Positions 35,370 to 45,900 of a stretch of DNA of 64,000 bases are shown here, in pieces; the first letter of the stretch is position 1, and the number at the start of each line of letters is the position of its first letter. The notes under the pieces are model-generated. The model did no database searches, was not told the DNA's origin, and worked only from the letters and a program-made list of their open reading frames with translations. Location: NCBI GenBank assembly GCA_963845145.1, contig CAWJQU010000016.1, positions 4,329 to 68,328 of the forward strand, in the 5' to 3' direction. The stretch is from an uncultured delta proteobacterium (lineage in GTDB: Bacteria > Desulfobacterota > Desulfobacteria > Desulfobacterales > QNYZ01). The position numbers and the translations under genes were made by a program.

Positions 35370-37207
35370 CGCATTATTTCTCCGCGTTCTTTTGATTTGA
35401 TCACGGTTTCTGTAAAAGCGTTAATGGATACATATTTGGACAGAAAAACTTCCATGACGGCGCCCAGAAGAAAGGCACCACTCCCTTCAAAGGCCATTTC
35501 GTCAAATGTCAGAGAGATTTCAAGACCACGGACAAAAGCGACGTGGCTGCCATCGTAAATACGGCGTCTGACTGGGCGGCTTTCGGCCGATAGTACGCCT
35601 TCAATTTGTCTTTTGGTCTGGAGATCATTGGCATCGCTATACAACTTAAGCAGGTCACGAATAGCGGTCGCGCCCTTTCCATTGGGGCTATCCATCAAAG
35701 AGAGGTAGTTAAGGCATAAGTGATTTATAATGCGCCAGTTGGTTTCCCCCTCGGCATGGGAAGGGCGGGGGGGGGTTGGCCCGGACACACAACGGATCGA
35801 AACGACTGGCGCACTGATATCCAAATTAAAATCCGTATCGCCTCTTCCGATGCCCATCTGGATCGGAAGATCACGGTTGGTACATAGTGTTTCCACGGCA
35901 AGCTGGCGTAAATCAGACCGGTAGGGGGCTGCTTTACCATCGACCAGCGATATAAATACTTCACTGCCCCCATAGCTGGAACGACGGCCTTGCTGTTTCT
36001 CCCGGTTCGACATTAGCCGCGAAATACGGTTGACTGTAAAGTAGGCCCCGAGACCATTTGTTTCCCCGAAATCTGTTGCCGCATAGAAAGGGCTGAAAGG
36101 CTGTTCATCATCGGCCCGAACGCCAAAACCGGTTACCCTATTGACCTGGTAGACCTCATAGTCCGTTGGGCGCGTCCGGTTTGGAACAATATGAAATTCA
36201 GCAACTTTGTCGGACAGATGGATGCGATCGGCGCGTTTTGGAAACAGGTTGACTATCGGCGTGCAATGCAAGGCAAAATTGGCTGCATCTAATCGTCCAT
36301 CAAGCTCGGGATTCTCGTTGTTAAGAAGAATAAAAATATCCAAAGTGTTGCTGTCACAGCGTTTAACGCTGTTGATAAGTCCGCTGAGACGAAAAAAAAG
36401 GAAACGTTGGGGAAAAGCAAAATATTCATGAAGCAATCGGTAGCCTGAAAAGGATCGGGCTCCTACGGGTAGAAGGGCCTCTTCATCACTAAACCCGACC
36501 GGTTCAATTTTCGAAGGCGGTAAGACGTTTTGCCAATGAAAAGGTTTCTCCGTTGGTTGGACAACGACGTTTTTACTTTGGGCGAAGATTTGCTCATAAA
36601 TATGCATCGGAAAAGCTTCTGTGCCACGGATGAAAAAGGTAAGGGCGTCCAAATTTAGATTGGAAAATACTAAATCTGCACGTGTTTCCAGGCGAATTTG
36701 AATACATGCCCTGGCCGATGCCGCTGAAGCGGGGAGATTCAGGCTGCTGAGATCACGTGCACGATACTCTGCGTGAACAATCTTTAGCGGCCAGAGGGTA
36801 ACTGAATGGCCTGGATGATATTCACAGGCAGTGCGGTCTCCCTTGCCGATGATTGAGCGCAATACGGTGTCTCGTTGAATTTTATATCCGTTTTCGAAAC
36901 CGCTCTGTGCCATGTCCGGCGTGAATTCTACGACTGCCATAGAGGGTGTCGGCGATAGGTAGTGAGGGTAAACGGTCTCCAGTATGGACTGTGTAAACTG
37001 GGGAAACTCCGCATCCAGTTTTAGCTGAACGCGTGCCGCAAGAAAGGCGAATCCCTCCAGCAGCCGTTCGACATACGGATCACCGCAGGCAAAATCGTCT
37101 AATGAGAGACGGCTTGCAATCTTTGGAAACTCTTTTGCAAACTCGCCGGCGGTGCCCCGCAAGTGTTGCAATTCATGATTGTAGTACCGTAAAAGGCGCC
37201 TATCCAT
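35333..37207 (-). CDS. tssF: T6SS baseplate protein TssF
   Basis: 'LLRYYNHELQHLRGTAGEFAKEFPKIASRL', 624 aa. Overlaps tssE by 8 nt. Confidence 0.93.
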   Translation of the reverse strand: MDRRLLRYYNHELQHLRGTAGEFAKEFPKIASRLSLDDFACGDPYVERLLEGFAFLAARVQLKLDAEFPQFTQSILETVYPHYLSPTPSMAVVEFTPDMAQSGFENGYKIQRDTVLRSIIGKGDRTACEYHPGHSVTLWPLKIVHAEYRARDLSSLNLPASAASARACIQIRLETRADLVFSNLNLDALTFFIRGTEAFPMHIYEQIFAQSKNVVVQPTEKPFHWQNVLPPSKIEPVGFSDEEALLPVGARSFSGYRLLHEYFAFPQRFLFFRLSGLINSVKRCDSNTLDIFILLNNENPELDGRLDAANFALHCTPIVNLFPKRADRIHLSDKVAEFHIVPNRTRPTDYEVYQVNRVTGFGVRADDEQPFSPFYAATDFGETNGLGAYFTVNRISRLMSNREKQQGRRSSYGGSEVFISLVDGKAAPYRSDLRQLAVETLCTNRDLPIQMGIGRGDTDFNLDISAPVVSIRCVSGPTPPRPSHAEGETNWRIINHLCLNYLSLMDSPNGKGATAIRDLLKLYSDANDLQTKRQIEGVLSAESRPVRRRIYDGSHVAFVRGLEISLTFDEMAFEGSGAFLLGAVMEVFLSKYVSINAFTETVIKSKERGEIMRWPARSGTRHIL

Positions 37208-37706
37208 TGCTTCCCCGGTTTAGCTGACACCTGCCTGTTTCTAAATCCATTTCAGTTTTAATAAAAAGTGACTCAGGGATGGGTTCACTCCAGAGATCCC
37301 CTTGAATTTCAAAACGGATTGAACGGTTATTCATTGCTTCCCGATCCTCAGTAATTTTAATCGATATCGTATTGGGGATTATTCGTGGTTCGAAATAACG
37401 AAGGGCCTCTATCATTTGATAACGCAAACCATCCGTGTTTCGACTGGAGGCCGTCATTCCCGCCATATTCACGACACCAAAATTTACGACCGATGACGGT
37501 ACTTCCTCGAATTCGTCCAGACCGTCTTGATCGATATGGGCGCAAGTATTCAGTAGCCATGCCAGATCGCGAAGAACCGCCTGGCGGTAGCGCCGCATGC
37601 TCATCACGCGTTGATTCCGGCCCTCCTTCTTATTGTGGGGGTCGTCATCCGTCAGTCGATCTAAAAGACACGGCTGGAGCTTCTCTGATGGCATCAATTC
37701 AGCCAT
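37200..37706 (-). CDS. tssE: T6SS baseplate protein TssE (gp25-like)
   Basis: 'LQPCLLDRLTDDDP..AVLRDLAWLLNT..VVNFGV'. Confidence 0.9.
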   Translation of the reverse strand: MAELMPSEKLQPCLLDRLTDDDPHNKKEGRNQRVMSMRRYRQAVLRDLAWLLNTCAHIDQDGLDEFEEVPSSVVNFGVVNMAGMTASSRNTDGLRYQMIEALRYFEPRIIPNTISIKITEDREAMNNRSIRFEIQGDLWSEPIPESLFIKTEMDLETGRCQLNRGSNG

Positions 37707-38526
37707 TCAGATCTGCTCCATGGGAAGTCTGATCGGAAGGATGGTCGAGGTGTACTTCTCGAATCTCCATCAGCGGGTATTCTCCCTGATCCGTGGCCAG
37801 CATGCGTTGACCGGTTCCAAGAAAAAAATCATTTCCGGCATCTGTCCAATTTGTTTTTCGACCCATACGAAAAGAGCTATCCGTGTTTTCTTCCGAACCG
37901 GAGTACCGGCTCGGGATCAGGCCAACCGCTTCGCCATGGTTGGCCCAGGTGAAGTTTGCCGTTGCCCATACGGCATCTCGAAGGTTGGTTGGTTTGTCAA
38001 TTTGAATCTTTCGAATCCGCTCAAAGGGAATCCAATAATATTTACCATTGACGATTGCCTCAAGGGTCGGCCCAAGCCTTGAGTCTGCATCGGCAATCCA
38101 TGTAAACGCCTGCCCGTCAATTTGTCCCGCTATTTCCGGCGCAGCCTCAAATGCCTGATCGCGTAAGTTGGCGGCCGCATCAAGGTTGCCGGCAGTTAAA
38201 AGACCGGGAATCTGGGTAAGCCAAACCATCCAATCCAGGGGTTCACCTAAAATCAACGGCGTCCGTTGGCCTTTAAAAATATCGGTACGTAAAGCTTCAC
38301 AATTTAGGGCGGGACGATATACCTGCGCCATCAACAGGGCGTCGGAATCCATGTCTGCGGCTACATTTAGCTGTGTAAGCGCACGATCCCACTGACCGAG
38401 GACACTGAGCAACTGAAAAAGAAATATTCGAAGTTCTACTTTGGCCGGATTGTTGCGGATATCTTCCTGAAGGGCGTTCAGTGCTTGTTCAAGGTCGCCG
38501 GTTTGGAGGTATGTTTCGGCACGCAT
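37699..38526 (-). CDS. tagJ: T6SS accessory protein TagJ (ImpE family)
   Basis: 'MRAETYLQTGDLEQALNALQEDIRNNPAKVELRIFLFQLLSVLGQWDRALTQL'. I prefer ATG 38526 (after GGGGAG) to the track's TTG 38562. Confidence 0.85.
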   Translation of the reverse strand: MRAETYLQTGDLEQALNALQEDIRNNPAKVELRIFLFQLLSVLGQWDRALTQLNVAADMDSDALLMAQVYRPALNCEALRTDIFKGQRTPLILGEPLDWMVWLTQIPGLLTAGNLDAAANLRDQAFEAAPEIAGQIDGQAFTWIADADSRLGPTLEAIVNGKYYWIPFERIRKIQIDKPTNLRDAVWATANFTWANHGEAVGLIPSRYSGSEENTDSSFRMGRKTNWTDAGNDFFLGTGQRMLATDQGEYPLMEIREVHLDHPSDQTSHGADLNG

Positions 38527-38710
38527 AGGCTCCCCGCTTTCTATTGTAGAGGTGAGGATCAATTCCTACTTTTCATCTTTTGAGGTATGCCAGATCGTAT
38601 TTATAATCCTTCGCATCCGTACGGATGTCTCTTACGATCTGGCCTGCCCCAGTCCTGGCCAACACCAGAGAAGCCGGTATTTTTCTGCGGGCGCAAACAG
38701 ATTGAAGGGG

Positions 38711-40216
38711 TTACGCTCCGCCTTTGGCCGATGGTAGCTTAGAGACCAACCGCAGCGATACCGTTAAGCCCTCGAGTTGATAGTGTGGGCGCAGAAAAAA
38801 CTTGGCGCTATAGTATCCTGGATTGCCCTCGATATCTTCCACCACAACCTCTGCCGCCGCTAAGGGATATCTGGCCTTGACATCATCTGAAGCCGTCGGA
38901 TCAGTGGTGACATAATTTGTGATCCAGTTATTTAGCCAGGTCTCTACACCGGCGCGTTCTTTAAAGGAACCCACTTTGTCACGGACGATACACTTTAAAT
39001 AGTGGGCAAAGCGGCAAGTCGCAAAGAGGTAGGGGAGCCGTGCCCCTAGATTTGCATTGGCGGTGGCATCGGGATCATCAAATTCGGCAGGGTTGTGTAG
39101 TGACTGGGCTCCCACGAAAACCGCGTAATCCGTATTTTTCCAGTGTGAAAGCGGAATGAGGCCGTTTTTGGCCAGCTCGGCTTCCCGGCGATCCGTGACG
39201 GCAATTTCTGTTGGACATTTCATATCAACGCCGCCATCATCCGTCGGAAACGTATGGGTGGGCAAGCCTTCCACCATACCACCACTCTCGGCACCCCGAA
39301 TCTGCGAACACCAGCCGTACATTTTAAATGCCCGGTTGATATTAACGGCCATGGCATAGGCTGCGTTAGACCAGCAGTATTTTGAATGATCCGCACCCTC
39401 GGTGTCCTCTTCAAAGTCAAACTCTTCCACTGGTTCTGTTTTGGCGCCGTAGGGAAGGCGGGACAGGAATCTGGGCATCGTCAGTCCGAGATACTTGGAA
39501 TCTTCCGAGTCCCTTAAAGATCGCCAGGGCGCATATTCGGCGGTTTGAAATATCTTGGTTAAATCGCGGGGATTTCCTAGTTCCTGCCACGTTTCCATAT
39601 TCATTAGCCCCGGATCGGCGGCGGAAATAAAAGGTGCGTGGGCGGCCGCGGCAATCTCCGCCATTCCTTTTAACATTTCAACATTTTGGGGTGTATGATC
39701 AAAGGCATAATCGCCGATGAGGCAACCGTAGGGTTCACCGCCGGGGGTGCCATATTCGTCTTCGTACATTTTTCTAAACAATGGGCTTTGATCCCAGGCC
39801 GTGCCTTTAAACTTTTTAATCGTTTTGCCAAGGTCTTTTTTGGTCAAGTTTAACACCCTGATCTTGAGATTCTCGTCCGTCTCGGTGTTATTCACAAGGT
39901 GAGATAATCCACGCCATGTTCCCTCCAGTTGTTGAAAGTCTTCATGGTGCATGATTAAATTGATCTGCTCAGTCAGTTTTTTATCGATTTGGGCCACAAT
40001 TGATTCGATCGTCTTGACCGCATCATCTGAAATCAAGGTTGTCTTTTCCAAGGCTTCCGCCGCCAATGTCTGGACAGCGTTTTGTACTGCCTCGCGGGCT
40101 CTATCGGTCTTGGGCTTAAATTCTTTCTTGAGGAGCCACTCAAACTCATTCATCTCCATGGGTTGGGCTTCTGCCGCTTCCGGGGCAGTGTCTTTTTTTG
40201 TATCTGCCATGATCAA
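38711..40216 (-). CDS. tssC: T6SS contractile sheath large subunit TssC (VipB)
   Basis: 501 aa. 'LTMPRFLSRLPYG..CWSNAAYAMAVNINRAF..GWCSQIRG..FLRPHYQLEGL'. ATGA overlap with tssB. Confidence 0.96.
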   Translation of the reverse strand: MIMADTKKDTAPEAAEAQPMEMNEFEWLLKKEFKPKTDRAREAVQNAVQTLAAEALEKTTLISDDAVKTIESIVAQIDKKLTEQINLIMHHEDFQQLEGTWRGLSHLVNNTETDENLKIRVLNLTKKDLGKTIKKFKGTAWDQSPLFRKMYEDEYGTPGGEPYGCLIGDYAFDHTPQNVEMLKGMAEIAAAAHAPFISAADPGLMNMETWQELGNPRDLTKIFQTAEYAPWRSLRDSEDSKYLGLTMPRFLSRLPYGAKTEPVEEFDFEEDTEGADHSKYCWSNAAYAMAVNINRAFKMYGWCSQIRGAESGGMVEGLPTHTFPTDDGGVDMKCPTEIAVTDRREAELAKNGLIPLSHWKNTDYAVFVGAQSLHNPAEFDDPDATANANLGARLPYLFATCRFAHYLKCIVRDKVGSFKERAGVETWLNNWITNYVTTDPTASDDVKARYPLAAAEVVVEDIEGNPGYYSAKFFLRPHYQLEGLTVSLRLVSKLPSAKGGA

Positions 40217-40746
40217 CCTTCCTCTTTAGTCTCTTCTGATTTATCATTTGGATTGGGGGTCGATGACAATGACTGCATGAGAGCCGGATCATTCAAGAGC
40301 TTGGCAACGAGATCCTCGGCGCCTCCCTTGCCGTCCATGTAAGTTAATAAATTTGACAATTGGGTGCGGGCGGTCATCAGTTTGTCCAGCGCCTCGACCT
40401 TTTTAGCCACTGCCGCCGGCGAAAAGTCATCCATGCTCTCAAAAGTCAAGTCCACACTGATATTACCCTCTCCGGTTAAACTGTTGGGCACCTGAAAGGC
40501 GACACGCGGTTTTGATGACTTCATGCGGTCGTCGAAATTATCCACATCGATTTCCAGGAATTTACGTTCTGTCACCGCAGGAAGCGCCTCTTCCGGCTTC
40601 CCCGATAGATCTGCCATAACGCCCATTACAAAGGGTAGATTGATCTTCTGCTCCGCCCCGTAAGTCTCCAGATCATACTCTATCTGGACTCGCGGCGCTC
40701 TATTTCGTGCGATAAACTTCTGACTGCTTGCCTTCCGTTTAGCCAT
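40213..40746 (-). CDS. tssB: T6SS contractile sheath small subunit TssB (VipA)
   Basis: 'RAPRVQIEYDLETYGAEQKINLPFVMGVMADLSG'. Confidence 0.95.
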   Translation of the reverse strand: MAKRKASSQKFIARNRAPRVQIEYDLETYGAEQKINLPFVMGVMADLSGKPEEALPAVTERKFLEIDVDNFDDRMKSSKPRVAFQVPNSLTGEGNISVDLTFESMDDFSPAAVAKKVEALDKLMTARTQLSNLLTYMDGKGGAEDLVAKLLNDPALMQSLSSTPNPNDKSEETKEEG

Positions 40747-40839
40747 AACTTTTCCTCCCCTATTTTTGAAGATAAGACCTCAGCGTACCAAGGCTTTGCA
40801 AACAGTTGCGCTTTCTTTATTCGATGCAAGTAAAATGTC

Positions 40840-41990
40840 TCACTCTTCAGATGTTTCCTCCTGCTGACCGCTAACCATGATCACCTGAGACATCGCGTCA
40901 GGTGATATATCGCGAATGATGTCTACGAAGCTGCTACCAACCAGACGTTTGGCCCGTTTAATCAGCAAAGGCACCGGGCTGGATGGTTCGTTTTGCTCGT
41001 AATAAGTCACAATCATATCCAGTGCTTTGATTACTTCCTGCTTCGAAGTGATCTGTCCGGACAACATCTGATCGGGTGCTCCACCAGTGGACATCACAGA
41101 ATCCTCCGTGTCCGTCTGTGGCTTTTTTGAATTGGATCGCTTACGATCCAAATAGGTTCCCATTTTTGACTGGATCTGTTTCAATACCGATACATCAGGT
41201 CCATACCCTCTTCGCTCCAGATACATGCCCGTTTTCGATTGAAGCTGTTTTAACAGATTCTCCAGCCGGGTAAAATTGGGTGCCACTGCCGTTCCAACAT
41301 GTTCAATGAGCAGGGTATCCAGGGCATTAATATGCTCAAGACACTCATGTAAGACCTGATCGGTAGTTTGCAGCGATTTGATTTCCGTCTGTTCAAAGGC
41401 AGCATCGATGATTTGCGTTGTCGGCACGCTACTGCCTTCCATATCTGGTGCCGATAGTTCGCCCGATGCGATAAGGATGTGACGCAGGCTCGGGTGTGGT
41501 AGACGACTATCCTCTGGTGCGCAAAGGGGGACGTCCATCAGCCGGGATCTGAACTTCATGGGATCTTGGTCACTCATCACCGTATTGGGGGGGAAAGGGC
41601 GCTGATGATATTCATCCGTTCGAGAGGGTCATTGTTGTCGTCGGGGTCTAATTGCGGGTATACATGGTCCCAGTATTGCTCAATGACACCTCGCAGTAAG
41701 GCAAGGCCCGCGCAAAAGCCCAACAATCCATTCTTACAAAGCGCCGAGAGCGTCAGAAAGAGGATCAGCCTCAAATCCTTGCTACGTTCAAGCAACTCAA
41801 GGCTGCGGCGATAGACTTTATCCCAGTCAGGTTCCTGGCTCTCCTGGATATGGTCGCCCACCTGTGTCTCGGCGGTACCTTGAACAAGCCCTTCAAGCTC
41901 TAGAAAAGGGACTTCGTAAGAAAGGTCCTCGCCACAGGGTGACTCAGGCGAAATCTCCGTTAGGAGTGCGTCCACATCAAAAGCGGTCAC
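40840..41990 (-). CDS. tssA: T6SS protein TssA (ImpA family), read as two ORFs because of a frameshift in a C7 run
   Basis: ORF 41577..41990 contains ImpA_N ('SPESPCGEDLSYEVPFLELEG'). ORF 40840..41580 carries the middle and C-terminal part ('SSPVPLLIKRAKRLVGSSFVDIIRDISPDA'). A +1 nt change in the G7/C7 tract (41587-41593) fuses them as '..ALSPPNTVMSDQDPMKFRSRLMDVPL..'. Confidence 0.85.
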
Positions 41991-42100
41991 AGCGCGCCCC
42001 CCATTTCCGGATTTTCACGGATTAAATCTTCCAGGTACATTTTTGAAATCTTTCCTTAGACGTTCGTGTAAAAATCAGTTCACCGTTTTAGGTGTTGAGG

Positions 42101-42135
42101 CGTTTAAAATGTGAAATTATTTTTGCGCGCGCCCT
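42101..42135. repeat. Dispersed 35-nt repeat, copy 1 (partner at 63194..63228)
   Basis: 'cgTttaaaatgtgaaattatttttgcgcgCgccct' versus 'cgCttaaaatgtgaaattatttttgcgcgAgccct'. A 26-nt core is identical, with 2 mismatches overall, in the same orientation. Confidence 0.85.
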
Positions 42136-42155
42136 TTGCCTGAAAATAATAAAGT

Positions 42156-42184
42156 ATTGTACCACACAAGCGGCGCATTGTGAA
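42156..42184 (-). promoter_or_regulatory. Candidate sigma70 promoter in the tagF-tssA intergenic region (drives tssA-tssBC...)
   Basis: On the minus strand: TTCACA (42184-42179), a 17-nt spacer, then TGg-TACAAT (hexamer 42161-42156). It lies about 160 nt upstream of the tssA GTG at 41990. Confidence 0.45.
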
Positions 42185-42235
42185 TCGTTTTTTCCTGTCA
42201 ATCAGCGACCTTATATTCCTATTGCTTTTGTTGAA

Positions 42236-42997
42236 TTATTCCGTTTTTCCCAGCGTCCACAAACGAACGAAATCCGATGGAGACAAAGGGCGGTTAAACA
42301 CAGCTAAATAAGGTTTTTCCACGGGTCCCCCCATAAAGAGCGCGTTGGGGCACTGATTTTGATCCTCTGCGCGACGTTGCCACTGCATCATCGCGGCCTC
42401 GATAGGATCACCTCTTAATGGGACAATTTGGTCGCTTTCAATCGTCAGTCTATCGGCTTGCTTAAAGTCACTACGGCGCAGTCGTTCTGTCTCGGGTAGT
42501 GAGGTTATCGTTGTGTTGGTTAATATTGATCGTTTCAATTTTATGTCAGACCAATCCACAACGGGTGGTTGGAATTTACCTAAAGCCCGCTCGAGTTCAC
42601 TGAATTTTTCGGCACGGGAAGCAGTAAGTTCTTCCATCCTGCGCCAAGTAAGTTCTAATCCTACTGACAGATATTCCCAATAGCGTTCCCATCCTTTTAA
42701 TTTGCCAGTGCCCATGACCAGTAGGGGATAGGGCCGGCCTAGCCGATCACAACTATTGGTAATAACGCCACAGGCGAGGGCATGATTACCCGTCGCCTGA
42801 GTCCAAAACCGCCACGTGCAGGGTTTTCGGGCATCGCTTTCCTCGACGCTTAATTGGCTGTAGCCCTTCTGGATCCAGTTGGATAAAGCCAGTTCAACGC
42901 GAGTTTTTAGGCCCCAATTCAGGTAGTCACTAGCTGAAGGGTGTTTACCCCAAATAGTCCATTGCCACCGTAATTTGTCGATTATTGATCCCAGCAC
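42236..42997 (-). CDS. tagF: T6SS-associated protein TagF (ImpM/DUF2094)
   Basis: 'WTIWGKHPSASDYLNWGL..SNWIQKGY..WRFWTQA..ACGVITNSCDRLGRPYPLLV'. Confidence 0.85.
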   Translation of the reverse strand: MLGSIIDKLRWQWTIWGKHPSASDYLNWGLKTRVELALSNWIQKGYSQLSVEESDARKPCTWRFWTQATGNHALACGVITNSCDRLGRPYPLLVMGTGKLKGWERYWEYLSVGLELTWRRMEELTASRAEKFSELERALGKFQPPVVDWSDIKLKRSILTNTTITSLPETERLRRSDFKQADRLTIESDQIVPLRGDPIEAAMMQWQRRAEDQNQCPNALFMGGPVEKPYLAVFNRPLSPSDFVRLWTLGKTE

Positions 42998-45900
42998 GCT
43001 ACAATGTCCCGCGGCACATCAGGAATTCTAGACTCCCAAGCTTGTTTTACTTTCTGGGCCAAAAGTTTCTTTTGTTTTTTTAAACGATCCTTAGCCTGTT
43101 GTTCTTTAAGTTCTTTTAAGGCCTGTTTGGCTTCCATGTGCGCCAGCATTTGTCCGATATTCATCGTCTGGTTTGATTTTTCAATTTTTTGGCGTGCATC
43201 ACGCGCCTGGGATGCATTTTTGGCTGCCGCGGCGATTCGCAGTGTCTCTTTTCTCTTTTTTTCACGTTCTTCTTGATCGGAAATAATCGCTACTATCGGC
43301 TGATGCCCATCAAATTGATAGTTTACCTTGATATACTTAACGCCTTGGTGTTTAAGGACATCCGTCTTCTCGGCAAATTCACTAAGGGCAAATGTACGTT
43401 TACCTCCGGGAAAGTCATTAAAAAACTGGGGGAAAGCCAGTTGTCCCGAATATTTTTTGGTTAATACCTGGCTACCGATTTCGATTTTAAGGGTAACATC
43501 AGTACATATCTCAGGGACCCAGACAAAGGTTTTATCGACTGGAAAATTCATGTTTACCAGGCTGGTCTTCCGGTCACCACAATGGAGCATCAGCGTTGCC
43601 GCATGGGGTTCAATGCGGGCATTGGAATTCACATCGGTGGGCAGTCCCTTTATGGATACAACATACTTGTCTTTTAACATTAGCGGCGGTGGTTCCGGTT
43701 CCGGCGATATCGGTTCCGGCAATTGCATCGGCGTCTTTTGATAATCCCGTAAAAATAATAGTTCAAGCAAGGCATCGGTTTCACCGGCGGATTCCAAAGA
43801 GGCCTCCAATCCGGAATCTAAATCAATCGCTTGTTTGTGTTTTATCATCTCCATGCCACGGGTGACGAAATCCAGAAAATCAGTTTTAAATGGCAAGCGC
43901 CGACCGAGCGACAACCGGGGGAAAATTCCTTTTTCAAGATTGCGGCTGAGAAACGGGGCGGCCGGGCCATTAATGAACTTAACGGCATAACCATCCGATG
44001 CAAACAGGAGTTCGTGGATACGCGTTTTGTCACCAATCCCTTTAATCTCAAACAGGACATCCTTTTCCCAAAGCTGGTTTAAATAACAGGCGCTTTCCAA
44101 ATTCACATAGTCTCGCATGAAATAAAGGGGACCCGAGGTGAGGTTCCAAAATGCTTTTTGGTAAATCGGGTCTTGGATCTCAAGGGCATTTTGTAGCTTT
44201 TTCAGTGCTTTATGGGCAACAAAAAATGGAGATTCACTGGTTGCCGGATCGTCTTTAAAATAATCGACGGTCAACTGATAAGAGACTTGTCTAGATTCCG
44301 CGGTCAAAGCGATATCGCTCAAAGCCTTTCGATAAGTTTGATAAGCTTTGGCGGCAATCATTTGAACTTCAAGCGGGCTGCCTACTCCGGTTTTGCTCAC
44401 TTTTTTTTCAATTTTTTCAATCTTATTGAGCAGGTTTTTTCCCTTTCGGGTCGCTTTGGCGATGACACCTAATTTCTCTATTGAATCACCACTGTTCGCC
44501 TGTGTTTTGGCGGCCTGCAGACCTTTCACCAGATGAATCCAGGGAATCAGGGTTTTATCCTCATCAGGATCTGCTCGTTGACTGTCGATGGCTGCCAGCT
44601 GGATGGCAAGGGTGTCGAGAAATGCAAAATAGGGGCTATGATCGGTGGTAATTCTTCTGGCCACCTGTTGCCAGGCGGTTTTGTCGGCCAGCCAGTACTC
44701 TCCCTTGGGAAAGGCAATCGTAAAATCGTTCCAAATCTTGGCAAAGGCGGCAGGGTACCATTGATTGAAATCGGGCTTTTTATCAGTGAAGATCGTGGGG
44801 TCAGGCAGGGCAGACTCAATCTCACCCATTAGTAGATCGATATGTTTTTTCCCTTCTACCGTAAAGGCAGGTGGAATGGTGATATTATCGGGATTTCGTC
44901 AACCGGTCGCCCCAATAATCTTCGAGCGTAATGTATTCCAGGTCGGGCTGGATATTGGCCCAAGCCACCAGCCAGTTAATATTATCGGGTTTTGTGGCCA
45001 GGATATATTTTAGCCAACTTTGCAATTGTTGCATTTCCCCGGTCAATTTAGCGGTTTGCCCCTGCCAGGCTAAATATTGGTCATTCAAAAGGTTAAATTG
45101 GGAGGTGATCTCCGACTCCAGAGTCGCGTCGGCCATGACCAGATCGGGATCATATAGTGGGTGGGAACGATTCTGGAGGGCGTCAAATCCATCTCCGGAA
45201 AACCGTGCTTTTAACAGGTTAATTCGTCGGGCCAAATGGGCCGCATAGCGGCCGATCAGTGTATCGGGGATTTCTTTGCCGGCGGCGGCCAAAGTCTCTT
45301 CCAGACGAAGATCATAGGCCGCGGATAAAGACTCGGAAAAGGTGCGGCAATAGCTATTTTTAAGCTGCATTTCCACTTCATTGCTTTCGATTAAACCGAA
45401 TCGTGGGAGCCACCAGCTGTTGTTTTTCTTTTCGACATCAAGAACCACTTGTCGGAATCGGTCCATCTGGGATAAGTCAGACAGTAATTTGCCCTCAAGG
45501 ACAGGGGGTTTGAAAAATTCGTTCGGTATGCCTCGAATAATGCTTAAGTTTTTGACAAATGAAAAACTCAAAAGACCGCATAAGGCGATTATCACCGTTA
45601 CCCATGCGGTTAACCCGATATTACGCGTGAGGCGTCCCCATCGAATGGTTCGTGTGGTCGGGACAAACAGCCGTCGGTCATGGGGGAGAATTTTGGTGAA
45701 TAAATTGTGGAGAAAAAGGCCCCGGTCGGAGTTAGGGAGAACATCCCCGGTTTCGATGACGCCCAAAGCCTTTAAAAAGTGGGAGTAGGGCGTCCCCTCT
45801 TGGTGTCCACTGCTAAAATACAAACCTCTAAAGATCGGTGTTTCCTGGTAGGGGTTGGGTAGGAAAGCGCCCTTCAAAAAAGCCGTTAAACCTGGTTTAA

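Noticed and set aside
41587-41593. Phase-variable ON/OFF switch of T6SS via the C7 tract, as the primary explanation
   Set aside because: The same kind of 1-nt homopolymer discrepancy breaks ispD and other housekeeping genes in this window, so sequencing error is more parsimonious. The idea is retained only as an alternative to test.
42092-42307. 71-aa plus-strand ORF (and ORF 63161..63394) as bona fide protein genes
   Set aside because: The shared 'LRRLKCEIIFARAL' comes from the dispersed DNA repeat. The 42-kb ORF has no RBS, follows a TAG directly and runs antisense into tagF. I kept it as a curiosity in the findings, not as a CDS call.
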